Positions 13,792 through 26,185 of a DNA stretch of 64,000 nt are shown in pieces. Source of the stretch: Tricharina praecox (taxonomy: Eukaryota); NCBI RefSeq assembly GCF_024521635.1, contig NW_026250411.1:434001-498000 (forward strand). The letters run 5' to 3'. The position numbers were made by a program, and so were the translations under genes. The notes below the pieces were generated by a model. The model was not told where the DNA came from, did no database searches, and worked only from the letters and a program-made list of their open reading frames with translations. How positions within the stretch are numbered: the first letter of the stretch is position 1; the number at the start of each line of letters is the position of its first letter.

Positions 13792-15047
13792 ATGGTGTCA
13801 CCCCAGGTAGTCATGGCCATGAAGCTTACGGCGTCGTGTCTATCCTCGAGCTGCGTCGTATTCCGCACCGTCTTTGTTCACCGCCATCAGCCACGCACCT
13901 TCAAAGCAAAGCTCGTACATATCTTTCTCTTTATCACTTGTGTGCTCGACTTCGCCGCTGGTAAGACTCCTCCTCTCCTGGGCTTCCAAACCGCAATGAC
14001 TTACGATCTGGCACTTCAGATGGCACGTCGGCATGGGCACTGAATCAAGAGATCACTGATCCACAATCTTTCGAATCATGGCATCTGCGGACCGAAGTTT
14101 CGAAAGTCTGTTACCTCCTCTTCCGAGCATTCCACCCCTACGTACATGTCTGACCTCCAAAAAAGGCCTTGTTTGCTTCACATATCCATTACTATTTTGC
14201 ACTCACGGTCGTCAAAGCCGCCTATCTCGCCTACTTCTCCGAGCTATTTGTGGGCTCGTACACACGCAAGCGGTATCTGATACACCTTGCCATCGCGATA
14301 TGGTTCATCGCCAACCTCACTGGGATCCTCCTGCTATTCCTGTGGTGCAGTCCCATCTACAAGAACTGGCGTGACTTCGACGCCTCTGACCGGCGGTGTC
14401 CAAGCATCTACGACCACACCGTCTTCATCACGATGGCGACGCTCACGATCGTGAGCGACCTCGCGGTGTTGGCGGTTCCCTTGACACTGATCAGCACGAT
14501 CCACTTCAGCCGGCGCAACCGGCGCCTGCAGATCACGGGGCTCCTCTTCGTCTTCGCGATCGGAATGCTGAGCGTCGCGGCCACCGTGGTCCGCATGTGT
14601 CTGATCTTTACCGGGCTGCAGGCCGACGGCGGACTTCCCTGGTCGCTCGTCCGCAACACTATGATATGGGCGCATGTAGAGGTGTTCGCTGCCGTCTTGG
14701 CTATCACCCTGCCCAGCTTCGGACTGGCGCTCTCCCGTGTGCGTGGAAGAAGACGAGGAATGGATTGCTCCTCCGACCAGATGATGAGTGCGCCCCGCAG
14801 TACGGGCGGCGGCTGTCCGGATTGGGCGGACGCCGCAGAGCGGAGGAAGGCGAGTGTTGCGACGGTGGTAGATCCGTGGCGCACGGCGGACTCGTCAGAA
14901 CTCGACCTGGTGATCACCGCCGCTGCCGCCGCAGATAAACGCGAGATGATCATGTTGCAGACTAGAATGGAACAGGGGAGGAGCCCGCAAGTGGTGCGGT
15001 TCCATGGTTCTGTGTCGCCGTTGGCGGGAAATTCGACCACGATATGA
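13792..15047 (+). CDS. PTH11-like (fungal rhodopsin-domain) multi-pass membrane protein; exons 13792..13960,14020..14105,14166..15047
   Basis: About 7 hydrophobic helices, WCSPIYKNW...C loop, SDLAVLAVP, FAIGMLSVAATVVR, EVFAAVLAITLP; two in-phase GT-AG introns. No CFEM domain seen. Confidence 0.8.
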
Positions 15048-15352
15048 GGAGCAAAAGTTTGTGGTGGTGGTGGAGGGTGGGGGGTGGTGGCTGGCCATTG
15101 AAGTTTAGTTGAACTGGTGTATGGAGTTCCGAGGGTGGATTTGGCGTTCCGGTTGGGTGTGATTTGAATGATCATGGTACATGTCTGATGAATGACGGCT
15201 CTGTTCTGGGTGCACAATTGGATACAATTCTTTGTAGCTTACGTGGGAAATAGCGGTGGACTGTTTATGTATTGATCTACAAAGGTAAGGAAAGAATGAC
15301 CAATCGGTGGCATAGAAGGACTGAACTCGGTACAAATAGAAGTCTCTCTAAT

Positions 15353-18300
15353 CTAATGGCTCAATTGCAAACAAGCATTCGTAAGGTCAGGCCCAGCCTT
15401 CACCCGGACACCCTTCCAACCAGGGAACGAACCCTCCACAGCTTCCCCCTCCAAGTTGACAGTGCCTGTGGGCAGCATTGTAGTAGCCTTGGCTATCGTC
15501 GCACCTGCAATCAACAGCTTGATGTGTCCGTCGATCTCCCCGTTGACGCGAGTGATACGGATGTTCAAATTCTTTCCCTCGAGCTCGAAAGAAACGGTCG
15601 CCTTTGTCTCGCCGGGGACCTTCCAATCCGGGATCGCCACAATGGTGTTGAAGCTCTTGTCGAAGTTGAGATAGATTTCCACGTCCTCGGACCAGTCATA
15701 GTGGGGCGTCTCCTCGCTCTTGCCGAGAACGACGGCACCCCCGGGCCGGATTAGTAGCGGTAACGAGAAAACGCCGTGGGTTTCCGAATGGTATCTGCCA
15801 GCCTTCCTCCATTTCCCATCGAGGAGGCCGACCCAGAAGCGGGGAGGCCTGTCGTCCGCGACCTCGTCGTTGCCGTCTTTATCCTCCTTTCTTTCCTCCT
15901 GCTCCGTCGTCACCAACGGCGCATAGTACCGGACGGTACCCTCGGCATTGAAGATGGGTGCCACGAGCAGGTTCTCGCCGAGCATGTACTGCATATCGAG
16001 GAACCAGGTGGCGGGATCCCGCGGGAATTCGAGGAATGTGGCGCGCATCATCGGGATGGCGGTGGCGTGCGCTTCGATCGCCGTCTGGTAGATGTACGGC
16101 ATCAGCCGGTGCTTCAGGTTGATGAACTTCTTGAGCACGGCCGACGCCTCCTCGCTGGGGTCGATGAGCCACGGAACCTAAACATCAGACAGCTGTCAGT
16201 GAATGGATTCCTATCACTCATGGGCATTCTTACTCTGTAGCTACTTGAGCCGTGGAGGCGGGTATGGCTTGACAAGCAGCCGAACTGAATCCATCGTTTG
16301 AACAGAACTGGATCCGGCTTTCCCTCGAAGCCGCCGATATCATGAGCCCAAAAACCGAAACTACCGAATGTCAGTGAAGGTGACCGCATTCAGAACCTTT
16401 GGGTGTTTTGGTGCGGTTGCGTACCCGCAAAGTCCCAGACTCAACCCTCCTCGCAACGTCTCTGCCATAGCTTCGAAGGTAGACATTGGGTCACCTCCCC
16501 AGTGGACGGGAAACCGCTGCACGCCGGCCGTGGCCGAGCGAGCAAACAACACAGCCTCGCCCTTACCCAGCCGGCGCTCGAGGGTCTCGAATGTGACTTT
16601 ATTGTAAAGGAATGGATAGTAGTTGTGCATCTTTTCGGGGTCGGAACCGTCGAAATAGTGCGCGTTGCCGGTCGGTATTCGCTCGCCAAAGTCCGTCTTG
16701 AAACTGTCAACGCCCAGGTCGATGAGCTTTTCGAGCTCGGCCGAGTACCATGAGCAGGCCTCCGGATTCGTGAAGTCGACAAGTCCCATCCTGAAGACAT
16801 CAGCTCGGTGGAATACAATGAAGGGGGATGCAAGACGCATACCCGGCTTGCCATTGGTCCCATTGCCACACGCTGCCATTGGCTTTCTTTATGAAGTATC
16901 CTTTTTCGAGGCAGACGGCGAATAGCTTGCTTTCTTGTCCAATATAGGGATTGATCCACACACATATCTGCCAACAGTCAGTATTGATCGCTTCCGGTTA
17001 CGGGGGTATATATGCGCGGATACCTTCAATCCTCTTTCATTCTTCATTGCTGCAATTTGCGCCTTCACATCGGGAAACATGTCTGCGTCGAATTCGAAGT
17101 CACACCATTGAAATCCCTTCATCCAGAAACAATCGAAATGGAACACCGACAAGGGGATTTCTCTGTCCTACAAGGTCAATCGCAAACCAGAATCACAGCC
17201 GCTGGGTTCATGACCAACCTCTCTTTCATCCCGTCCAAGAAGTGGTCGACCGTTGCCTTGTCGTAATTGGTTAGGAAGCTGGTCGTCAGCCAAAGGCCCA
17301 TTGTCCACGCAGGCACCAGGGCCGGCGTTCCAGTAATGATGCCGTATGTATGGATGATCTCCTTGGGCGTGAAGCCGTAGATCAGCATCATGGAGATGGA
17401 CTCTCCCGGAACCGTGATGTTGACACGCGTTGTCCGCTCGGATTGGATCTCGTAGGATACTAGGGACGGCGACGGGATGAAAATGCCGTAGTTGTTTGAG
17501 GTCATATAGAAAGGGATATTCTTGTACGCCATCTCGGAGGAGGTGCCGCCGTCTTCGTTCCAGAGGTCAACAGTCTGGGCTAGGCATTAGCCAAGGGCAA
17601 ACGTCCAGGAGCGCATGCGTAAAGTATGATGTACCTGTCCGTTCTTGACGAATGGCCCGAACCGCTCACCCAGCCCATATACCTTCTCACCAACGCCAAG
17701 TTGTAGCTGGTATGTCATCCAGCGCTCCCCTTTGTCGGGGTCCCCCATCTCGACATTGGGGTGTAGGTTTACTCCCCGCTTCACATACCCCACCGATCTC
17801 CATCCCAATTCCGTCAACAAACGACCGTCACCGAGGAATTTGATGCCGAAGGATTTAGGCCGAGTGTCGATCGTTGTAGTAAGGCTGCCGTTCCCCATGA
17901 AACCGGGTCTGGTGAATTCGGATTTCATGGTCAACTTCTCATCGCCTTTCTCGACCGACAGACCGCCTGATCGTTTCGGCTTCAACATTACTATGTCAGC
18001 GGGCACCCAAGAAAAGTAGATTGAGTCCGAGTGACATACACAGCCATTCGGGAATAGTTCGAAGTGTGGGCCTGCCCGCTCGTACGTCTGGCCCTTCCAG
18101 TGATATGTCTCGAGTTGCACAACACAGTCCATCGGCGACGTCACCGAGGTCGTCAATGTGGGGCAGTTCAGAGTATCGCCACGGAAATTGATCGCTTTGG
18201 TTGGCTGTTTCTAATCAGTTACACATGCTCCCCCCTGAATGTAGGCACTCGAGGATTCCCTACACAGACGACGCGGAGCGAATCCTCCAGAGCCTCCGCT

Positions 18301-18374
18301 TTGAACGTCTCCACCGCCCAGTCAACAGCGGTGTCGGGAGCCACCTCCCACATCCCCTTTGAAACCTTCACCAT
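15353..18374 (-). CDS. Glycoside hydrolase family 31 alpha-xylosidase (YicI-like), 9 exons, no signal peptide
   Basis: Starts MVKVSKGMW; RGDTLN, YGLGERFG, YKNIPFY, GLWLTTSF, FHFDCFWMK, nucleophile motif FKTDFGERIP, acid/base region WGGD, HDIGGFEG, HTRLHGS, QYMLGENLLVAP. Eight GT-AG introns join in frame. Confidence 0.93.
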
Positions 18375-19206
18375 GATGAGATGTGAAAGTTGATATGTAG
18401 TTGTAGTACGAAATTTGCTGCTGTCGAAGGATAACTGAACCGGCTCTGCAGGCTAGAATATCTTAGATATATATCACCAGATGCGGGGTTCTCGAGGCTG
18501 TGCATCCAGGCAGGCAATGAAATGCTCACCGTGTTTTCCTGCATGCACCCTGCATACCCGCACCCCCGCACCCTCGTTTCCTAGGTAGCACATAGCTGCG
18601 GGGCAGCTGTTATCCATGTTTCGAGTGATAATGCATGGATCGTTGCGACCACCTACTTACCTTAGCGGAGGTCCTCAGTGCGTATCACCAGAGCAGTGAT
18701 TCCGGACCGCGTGGAACAAATCAAGCCTAAGAAGCACGGGGGGAGATTCTTTACATCACCACTTTGCGTCGCAAAATCGATGTCTTCCATGGCAAGTTGG
18801 CTCGGCAACCATTAGACCGAACCAGCAGAGATACATTGCATCGAATCAGAAATCGAGGTTTCGATTATGCAATCTTTCAGCCTCTTCTTTTCGGACGGCT
18901 TGGGTTGTTGTTTGCTTCGCCAACCAGCCCGCCATTTGCTGACCGCTGCCGGCACGGCCTTCCCTTCACCGTCGCCGATGCTTGCAAGTTGGATTCATTT
19001 ATGGCCCATTTTCGCTTGCAGCGGGGCTTTAATCATTTGAATAGCAAGAAGAAGTAAGCACTGATTCCACAACTCAGAATTCGACAATCGAGGTAACATG
19101 TAGCTAAGTACTCAATTATGCAATTAATCGCCAGTTCCGATGGCCGTAGATGCTAGACGACCCCTACCAAACTCCGGAAAATTCCCCTCCCGCTGTGTCA
19201 ACACCC

Positions 19207-22200
19207 CTACAGCGCTGTCCGTTCCTGCGCTACGTGCCTCGTAACTATCGCTGCCGTCTGAAGTTTACAAAGCCATCTTCCCCGCGATCCCGCCATATTC
19301 TTGAACAATCTCCAAGTATCATCAACACTTATCTTTCCTACATCATCATCATCATCCTCATTCTCTCTCTCCTCCCAATCAACGTCTTTGTCGAAGTATG
19401 ATATATCCCGCTCATAAACTGGCTGCCAGGATACCTCTATCTCCCCAGAGACCTCCGGAAATGCCCCGCCAACCTTACTACGTATCCACAAGGCCTCTGC
19501 AATTTCGCCCGCTGTAAATCCATTGCCATTTTCGTAGGTTTCAAACGCAGCCTCCGGGTGTAAATCTAGCAGGAGCTTGATTGCGGAGACCTGGCCGCCA
19601 CGCGCGAGCTCGTGGATAGCGTGGTTGCCCTCCGAGTTGGCCTGTATTAATCCCACCCCGCGGGACATCGAGATGAGGAAGCGGAAGGCGGACAGGTGTA
19701 TTCCGACGCGGTCGTGGTCTGCGATCCAGGCTGCGAGCGGTTGCATCAGGGTGCCGCGTTGTCGCTGCGACCAGGCTGAGACCAGGCTGCGCCCAGGCTG
19801 CGGTGGCGACATCTGTTGGTAGCAAGCAGAAATATTCACGGATATATGACTCTTCCTGGTCGAGGAGCCCGCGGAGCTGCCGCCTGGTCAATTGATGAAT
19901 AAACTCGTTGTTGGCGGAGAGCTGGAACAGTAGGTGCAGAATGTTGCGGCCGTCAGAGTCCCTCGTGGAGAAGTCGGCACCTTCTTCTAAAAGGTATTCA
20001 ATTGCCCCGCGATTACTTTGCTGCACCGCAAAGAGGGCAGGCGTTAACCCTTCGTCAGTCCTGGCGGTAGCTGCGGACGGGCGAGAAAGGAAGTAGGTCA
20101 TTGCTTTGGCTCTGGTGTCGCGGATCATGGTATCTTTCCAGCCTTGGATGCAAGTATGCGGGAGTAGATTCGTTGCCAGTCCCAGTCCATTCTCGAAGTG
20201 AGGCACGAAGCCGTGTTGTTCCAAAAAGCGGGCCTTTTTGCTGGTAGGGTCGTTTGAAATGAAAGTTGTTACCGCTTTCCATGGCTCATCGCTCTGAAGC
20301 CATAGCAGGCTTTCCAGCGCGCCATGATAGGCGGCTACTTGTGCCGGTCTCTGCCCACCTTCGCCGCGAAAGACGGCATGGCTGGAATTTGCATGGCTGG
20401 AATTTGCATGGCTGTAATTTGCATGGCTGGAATTTGCATGGCTGGAATTTGCATGGCTGGAATTTGCATGGCTGGAATTTGCATCGCGCAACCAATCCGC
20501 ATTTTTTTCACCATTGATGGTGAGCCCGCGATAGTACCTTGTGTTCACGGCTTTTTGATACTCCGCATCCTCTTGAGTAAACTCCGGATAATCTAATCCG
20601 AATGTGACCGTTTTCATCAGTTCGGCGAGGACGGAGGTGCGATTGAGCATCAAAGCAACTCGCAGATGAGTTCGCTCTGCTTTGCTGCTTGTGAATTCGC
20701 CAGGACAGACGAAGAAGGAATCCACCGCCATCTCAACGTCAGGGCAGCCAGAATTTATGGCTGCGGTGCGGACGAGCGAGAGAACGCGACGAATAAGGGG
20801 AATTGAGTCTTTGTAAATTCCCCAGGTAAGCGGCGACCAGATCCCATACTAAGTGTACATCCACCATTAGCCAGTGAAACTTGAGTTTGGGTGGGGAAAC
20901 GGGTGCATACTTGAAGCGGATAGTGCCTCTGACCAAACTAAGCGATATCGGAGTACTTTTCGTACTCCTCAACTAAGAGAAGATGACGTGCATCAACAAC
21001 GGAGCTCATGATATAAGCCTGCGTCTGTTAGCCTGAGAGGGTATGGGGGAGTTTGGCGGAACTCACGTATGGACTCATGCCACATTTCGCCAATCCGTTG
21101 TCCTCAACTGTGACGCCATCGAGGATTTCCATATCATCCTCGTCATGGCCAACATCGCTATCGTCATCCATTACAGGGCGAGCAGCAGGAGTCTTCATCT
21201 CCTCATACTGGCACTTGACAATTTCCATGATCAGGTCTGCCATGTCAAAGTTGCCTCTGTAGAGAGCGATGAAGAGAGCCGTAAAATCGTTGCTATCCGC
21301 GACCGAGACCCGCAGCGCTGGAACACGATCCTCTCCCTCTCCGGATGGACCTGATGTGAGCATTCGAACCGTCTCCATGTCTTCTGGTGTGCCGTTCCAT
21401 GCCGCCTCAAAGAGTCGCAGGTAGCGGCCATGCACGTCTCCCTCCCTGAGGTAGGAGTATTTCGTTAATGACGGATCAAACCTGGGCTCCTCCGACTCCG
21501 TGGTAGCTTCAAACGGTTGTAGGTACCCGTCAAACGCATCGACCATCACACTGTAGGGGTAGTTCACTGAGAACGGATCAAAAAGCTGGGGCTCCTCCGG
21601 CTGTGGGGTAGCAGCGGTAGCAGCAATACTACCGGCGTGGGTTCTTCGGAAAAGCTCTATAGCCTCTCTCTCAACAGCCACTTCCGCAGACGGACGTCTG
21701 AAACCCTCTAGAACCCCGTTGTGCGCTTTTAGGTACTCCGGTCGCAGCTCGGCGTATAGATCGAGCATCGGTTTCGCACCGGCATCCATCAGTAGTTGTT
21801 CAATCTCCTTTAGTTCCTCTAGCCTTTTGTTTCATGCCTCATGTTGCTCTTTGGAATACGTGGCTGAGGAAGATCTTGTGCCATTGGCCAAATTGCCCCC
21901 CACGTTCCACTATAACTGGTTGAGGTAGCGCAAAGCTGTGAAGCGCTGATAGCTGCCCTCGAGATATACGTCCAGCACAGAGTCATCAAAATCGGGGGCG
22001 GAAGGTTCTGCTTTTGCGTGTGCATTAGCGGAGAATTCCATCGTTCTAATCGCAGCCAGGCACTTATCTATCTTGAACCGCACCAAGTCCAGCGGCGTCC
22101 GCGCGTCCACTGGTGGTAATTTGGCTTCTTTCCGCCAGTGCATGCCTTGCTTGCAGAGGATGTTGGGATCTGCACCGTGCTCGAGCAGCAGCTGGACCAT

Positions 22201-25182
22201 TTCCACAGCCATTTCCCCGCGCAATCGCGTGCTCCAGGGGCTGCTGTAGTTTCGCCCTGAGCTCGTGCTCAAGATCTTCCGCGGTGAAACCCTTCCGCTG
22301 AGCAGGCTTCATGCTGCGCACAAGGTCATTCGCCGTGATCTGTACGTGGGCATCCTGGCTGAGCAGATATCTCGTGACCTCTAGCGCGCCGCTGTCCAGG
22401 TACATTGCAGTGATCAGAGGTGTAGTATCGCTCCTTCCGTCGAGAGAACCACTGGTACTGCGTTGTACGTTATTCAGCACACTCATGGCGCCGTGATCGT
22501 GTTCAAACACGGTTTGGAGGACGTCCTTGGCCCGTCGGCGACGATATAATGCAGCGCGCTAGTGCGGCTGCCGTCGCGGTTATCAGAGGCCTGCGCACTG
22601 CTTGCACCGAGCGTGATAAGGGTCGCGACGGTCTTACACCGCGTTTTGTGGGGTAGGTTCAAAGCTAGAACCAGGTTCAATAGCGCACTCGGACCCTGCT
22701 TATTCGAATCGCGCCGAAGGACCGGGGCTCGCACGTCGGCGCCGAAGTTCGTAACGAGGGTTTCGATCACCGAGTTGTGGCCTGCGAGGATGGCGCTGTG
22801 CAAAGGACTCATCGAGTAATCCCACTCGGTGGTGTTGATGTCGTAAATATCATCCACTAGCTCTCCCCCAAATTCACCAAGTTTGTCCGCAGCCAAAGCA
22901 TTTGACAGCGGGTCCTGGAGCTTGACAAACCCACCAGTCGTCGCTGTTGCCGCACCGCCATCCATCGACTTGGCATCGATGTGACTATCGCCATCATCGC
23001 TTTCAGCAGTGTCCCCACCTTTGGCCTCCCGCATCTTGATATTTCCTTCTGCCACTGCGGCGGGGTCTTCGGAAGACTTCGGTTTCTCCTTCTCGAATCG
23101 CATGCGCCAGTCACGGTCGTACTTTTTCTCAGCACTCTTCCTCAGCAGGGCTTCAACGATATCAACCCTCCCGCGAGCAGCAGCGAGAAGCAGCGCCGTG
23201 CGGCCATCCTGCAGGCGAGCCACCAGCCTGGCGCCATGATCGATCAAGCGCTGTACCACCTCCAGGCGGGTGAAGGCACCCATAAGCCAGGTGCAGCGGA
23301 GTGCGGCCGTACAAGTCCCGGGCGTTGACGTCGGCATGCTCGCACCAGTACGAGAAAGTGGTGACCTGGTTATCGGCGATAGCTTGGTAAAGAGCTCGCG
23401 ATGAACCGATATAGACCATATCGGTATAATCTTATAATCCTTGGGCCCCAGTGGATTGAAAGAGCCAATCTTCTGGTGGCCCGGGTTGTCGGAAAGAAAA
23501 GTGATGGGGCCGCTGACGTACATTTTGCCCTCTTCTTCGGCAACCTGGTTTTCCTGGTCGTTGAGTGGCTCAGGGCAGTATCCGCAACAGTCCCCGACCA
23601 CATCACGGACGTTGCCGAAAAATACAGGGTCGCGATGGAGGTGGACTGTTCGGTGAGGCGGTCTGTTCTTTAGGTTCCAGTCCGCATTTAGTAGGAGATC
23701 TTTCCGGAAAAAATGTCTCTCATTGTTGTACGAATTGTAGCCTCGGCCGTACGGAATCGAGAACGTGTGATACGAGTTAATCTCTTCGAAATCCCACTCC
23801 GCGGTCTCATCCTCATCCTGGTTCCCATCTCTCTCATTACTGCTGCCATGGGGGACAGTATCCAGCTTGTGTATTCCTGTCTTCTCGCGTTGCTGGCGAA
23901 CATACGCATCCCACTGCTCAGGTGCCGGCAGGGCCTCCAAGATCAGAAGCTGAGCGAGGCCATTGGTGCGGTCAAAGGATCTTTCGAAGATGTTCGGATC
24001 GATGCGCGATCGTTCTAGGAAAGGACAATAGACCTCGAACCCGCGGTGCGAGTATTTTGACAAACGATTCTCATACGATGGAGACCGCCGGCTGAGATCG
24101 ATTTCGTTGCATTGGGTGATGCAAGCTGCGAGTGCACGAGGGCTTGCCCACACATGCTTGCCGTCATAGGCAACCGCAGAGCAGTCGACATCAAAGTCAT
24201 GCAGGATCTGAGCGATGCTCTTGTAGAGACGCAGAAAGACCTGAACGTGTCTGTTGGGATATTTCCCGACGATAGTGATTGTGTGGCGTGTACGAATGGT
24301 TCTGTTCAGTAATAGCAATGGTCAGCAACTTTACAGTTGAGATGCAAATGACTGTGCATACGTTGCCTTCCAGAACAGATTGTCCCTGACAGTGGTCTCG
24401 ATTGCTTCCAATTTAGCAATGGCTTCCGCTTCGTCTTTGATGCCGTAGAGAAACAGATTGATATCGGAACCCGGAGCCAGTATCTCGTGGTAATACTCGT
24501 GCAGTTCCCGCTTGTTCCCCGAGCATTCTGCAGGGACAGCCAACAGTGGAATCAAGGGCGCAGATCCCGCCACTAGATGTACACAATCAATATGGAACGA
24601 GCAATTAAAACATAGTTAAGTTCATGGTAAACACAGTAAAATACCGATAACAGTGTTCCAATCTGTAACCCCTGTGATCCTGTCAGCTAGTGTACTTGAA
24701 TGAAACAAGCATGGAGTTGGACTGACCCAAATCCGCAAATGCGCCTTCGGAAAAGATATTGAAGTTGTGCTGAAAATCCTTTAGAGTTGGAACAATGCAG
24801 GCTTCACCTGATTGCTTTCTCTTCTCTGAATCCAGCTCCATGACATACCTAGGTATCTCGCATCGACAATGCTAGCAGCACTCACAATACGGAGAGAAAC
24901 ATACTTGTCTTTCTCTTCCTGGATTTCAGTCTTGAAGTCCCTCGATCGGATTTTAAGTCATTGGTTTTCGACGGCGAAAACATCGACGAGATTGATGGTG
25001 TTGTCCCTGACAATCTCGTAATCTGGCATTCGAGAGTAAAAGGCTCTCAGGGCGTTATCCGGAACTTGAGGGTTTCCATTGACGTGCTTGATGAATTGCG
25101 ATGAAGGGATTGGGAGCTTAGGGAGCTCAGGAATCTGAGGGAGCTTGGAGGGGAGCGAAGCGGTATCTACGCCGGGGCCCAT
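19207..25182 (-). pseudogene. Degenerate large gene: N-terminal nucleotidyltransferase-fold domain followed by many ankyrin repeats
   Basis: Motifs DWNTVIVAGSA, SDINLFLYG, HVQVFLRLY, FDVDCS..AYDG, RRSPSYENRLSKYSHRGF, then ankyrins (GRTPLHLA, GRTALLLAA, SPLHSAI, TPLITAM, GLTPALFA, GRNILH). In-frame stops: TGA 24958-24960, TAG 21910-21912, TGA 21832-21834. Frameshifts near 23430, 23270, 22530, 22215 and 19780. Confidence 0.85.
20376..20484. repeat. 15-bp minisatellite (GCATGGCTGGAATTT)x7, encoding (ANSSH)n on the minus strand
   Basis: Seven near-perfect units plus 4 nt read directly; one unit has a G>T variant. Confidence 0.97.
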
Positions 25183-25319
25183 AGCGTGCAAGGGGATGTT
25201 TTTAAGAGAGTAAGAAAGAACAGTGTTACGTTTGTAAGAAAATGAGCGTGCTAAGAAGGAGTGTTATTTGAAGGAGTGGTAGAGAACGGTGTTACTTTTT
25301 GGTGGGTTATTAGGAGTGC

Positions 25320-25456
25320 TATATATGCAGCTCGCTGGAAACATTGAAGGAGGAAGATGCGGCTCTTTTGTGGGACCTACGCGTGCTGGAAACGTTGGAG
25401 CGGGAAGACGCGACTCTTTACGTGAAACGCGCGCTCACGTGAGTTTCCCAACGCGA
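25320..25456 (-). promoter_or_regulatory. TATA-like element plus a cluster of MCB-like (ACGCG) elements upstream of the NTase-ankyrin gene
   Basis: TATATA at about 25320-25326; ACGCGT 25379, ACGCGA 25408, ACGCGC 25427, ACGCGA 25451. Confidence 0.4.
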
Positions 25457-26185
25457 CCTGTCATCTTGGTAACAGGAAAAGAGTCTCATTATTCCTGTGA
25501 ATCACAACTGGATAACCAGGGGCACCGCATACAGAGAAGAAACTCACGACCGTCGCAGGCATCGTACAGGGCAAAAGGTGGCCACCTGAAATACACTGGT
25601 GAAGCTTCGGCCTGTCCATCGGTAGGCATGAAAGAGGATGGCTTTGTGGAGAGACGGCGACGTGAGACTAGAGTACCTCCTAGTAGAAAGGACGTATGCT
25701 TGTCAATACTCTATTTTCCCATAACATAAGCGAAGATTCCCGATACGGTACACAAAGCCACCCACCTAGCGCCCCGGCCTCTATGTACTTATATAGTCCT
25801 CTGAGCTCTCTACTCGGGTTTGGATCTTCTCAAAGCTCTGCCGCCATTCCTTTTCCTATAGGAAGCTAGAGTAGAACCTCTGCCACATCCTGTCTTCTCC
25901 GCCACGGCCAAAGGCCGTATGTAGACCCACACCCGGCCATCTTTCGGCGAGGGTTCATCAGGTGCATTTACACCACGAGATTTGATGAATGCACATGCAA
26001 GGCACCGTGGCACTGTCTCAGACTCCCAGCCGTGATGCATTCGGATCATCACCAATCGGCCGGTAATTCCAGATCATATATACCTCCGTGCCGTCTCCAC
26101 GCGCTGGGAAGTGGAAATTGCAATATAAAAGTCGGCATTCCGTCCCACAGCTTCCACTATCCGCAGCAGCAGTCGACCGCCTGCA

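Noticed and set aside
18653..18720. TACTTACCT resembling the U1 snRNA 5' end
   Set aside because: No U1-70K loop, U1A loop or Sm site follows.
21832..21912. In-frame stops as possible A-to-I editing or readthrough sites
   Set aside because: The same gene has several uncompensated frameshifts, so pseudogenisation is the simpler explanation.
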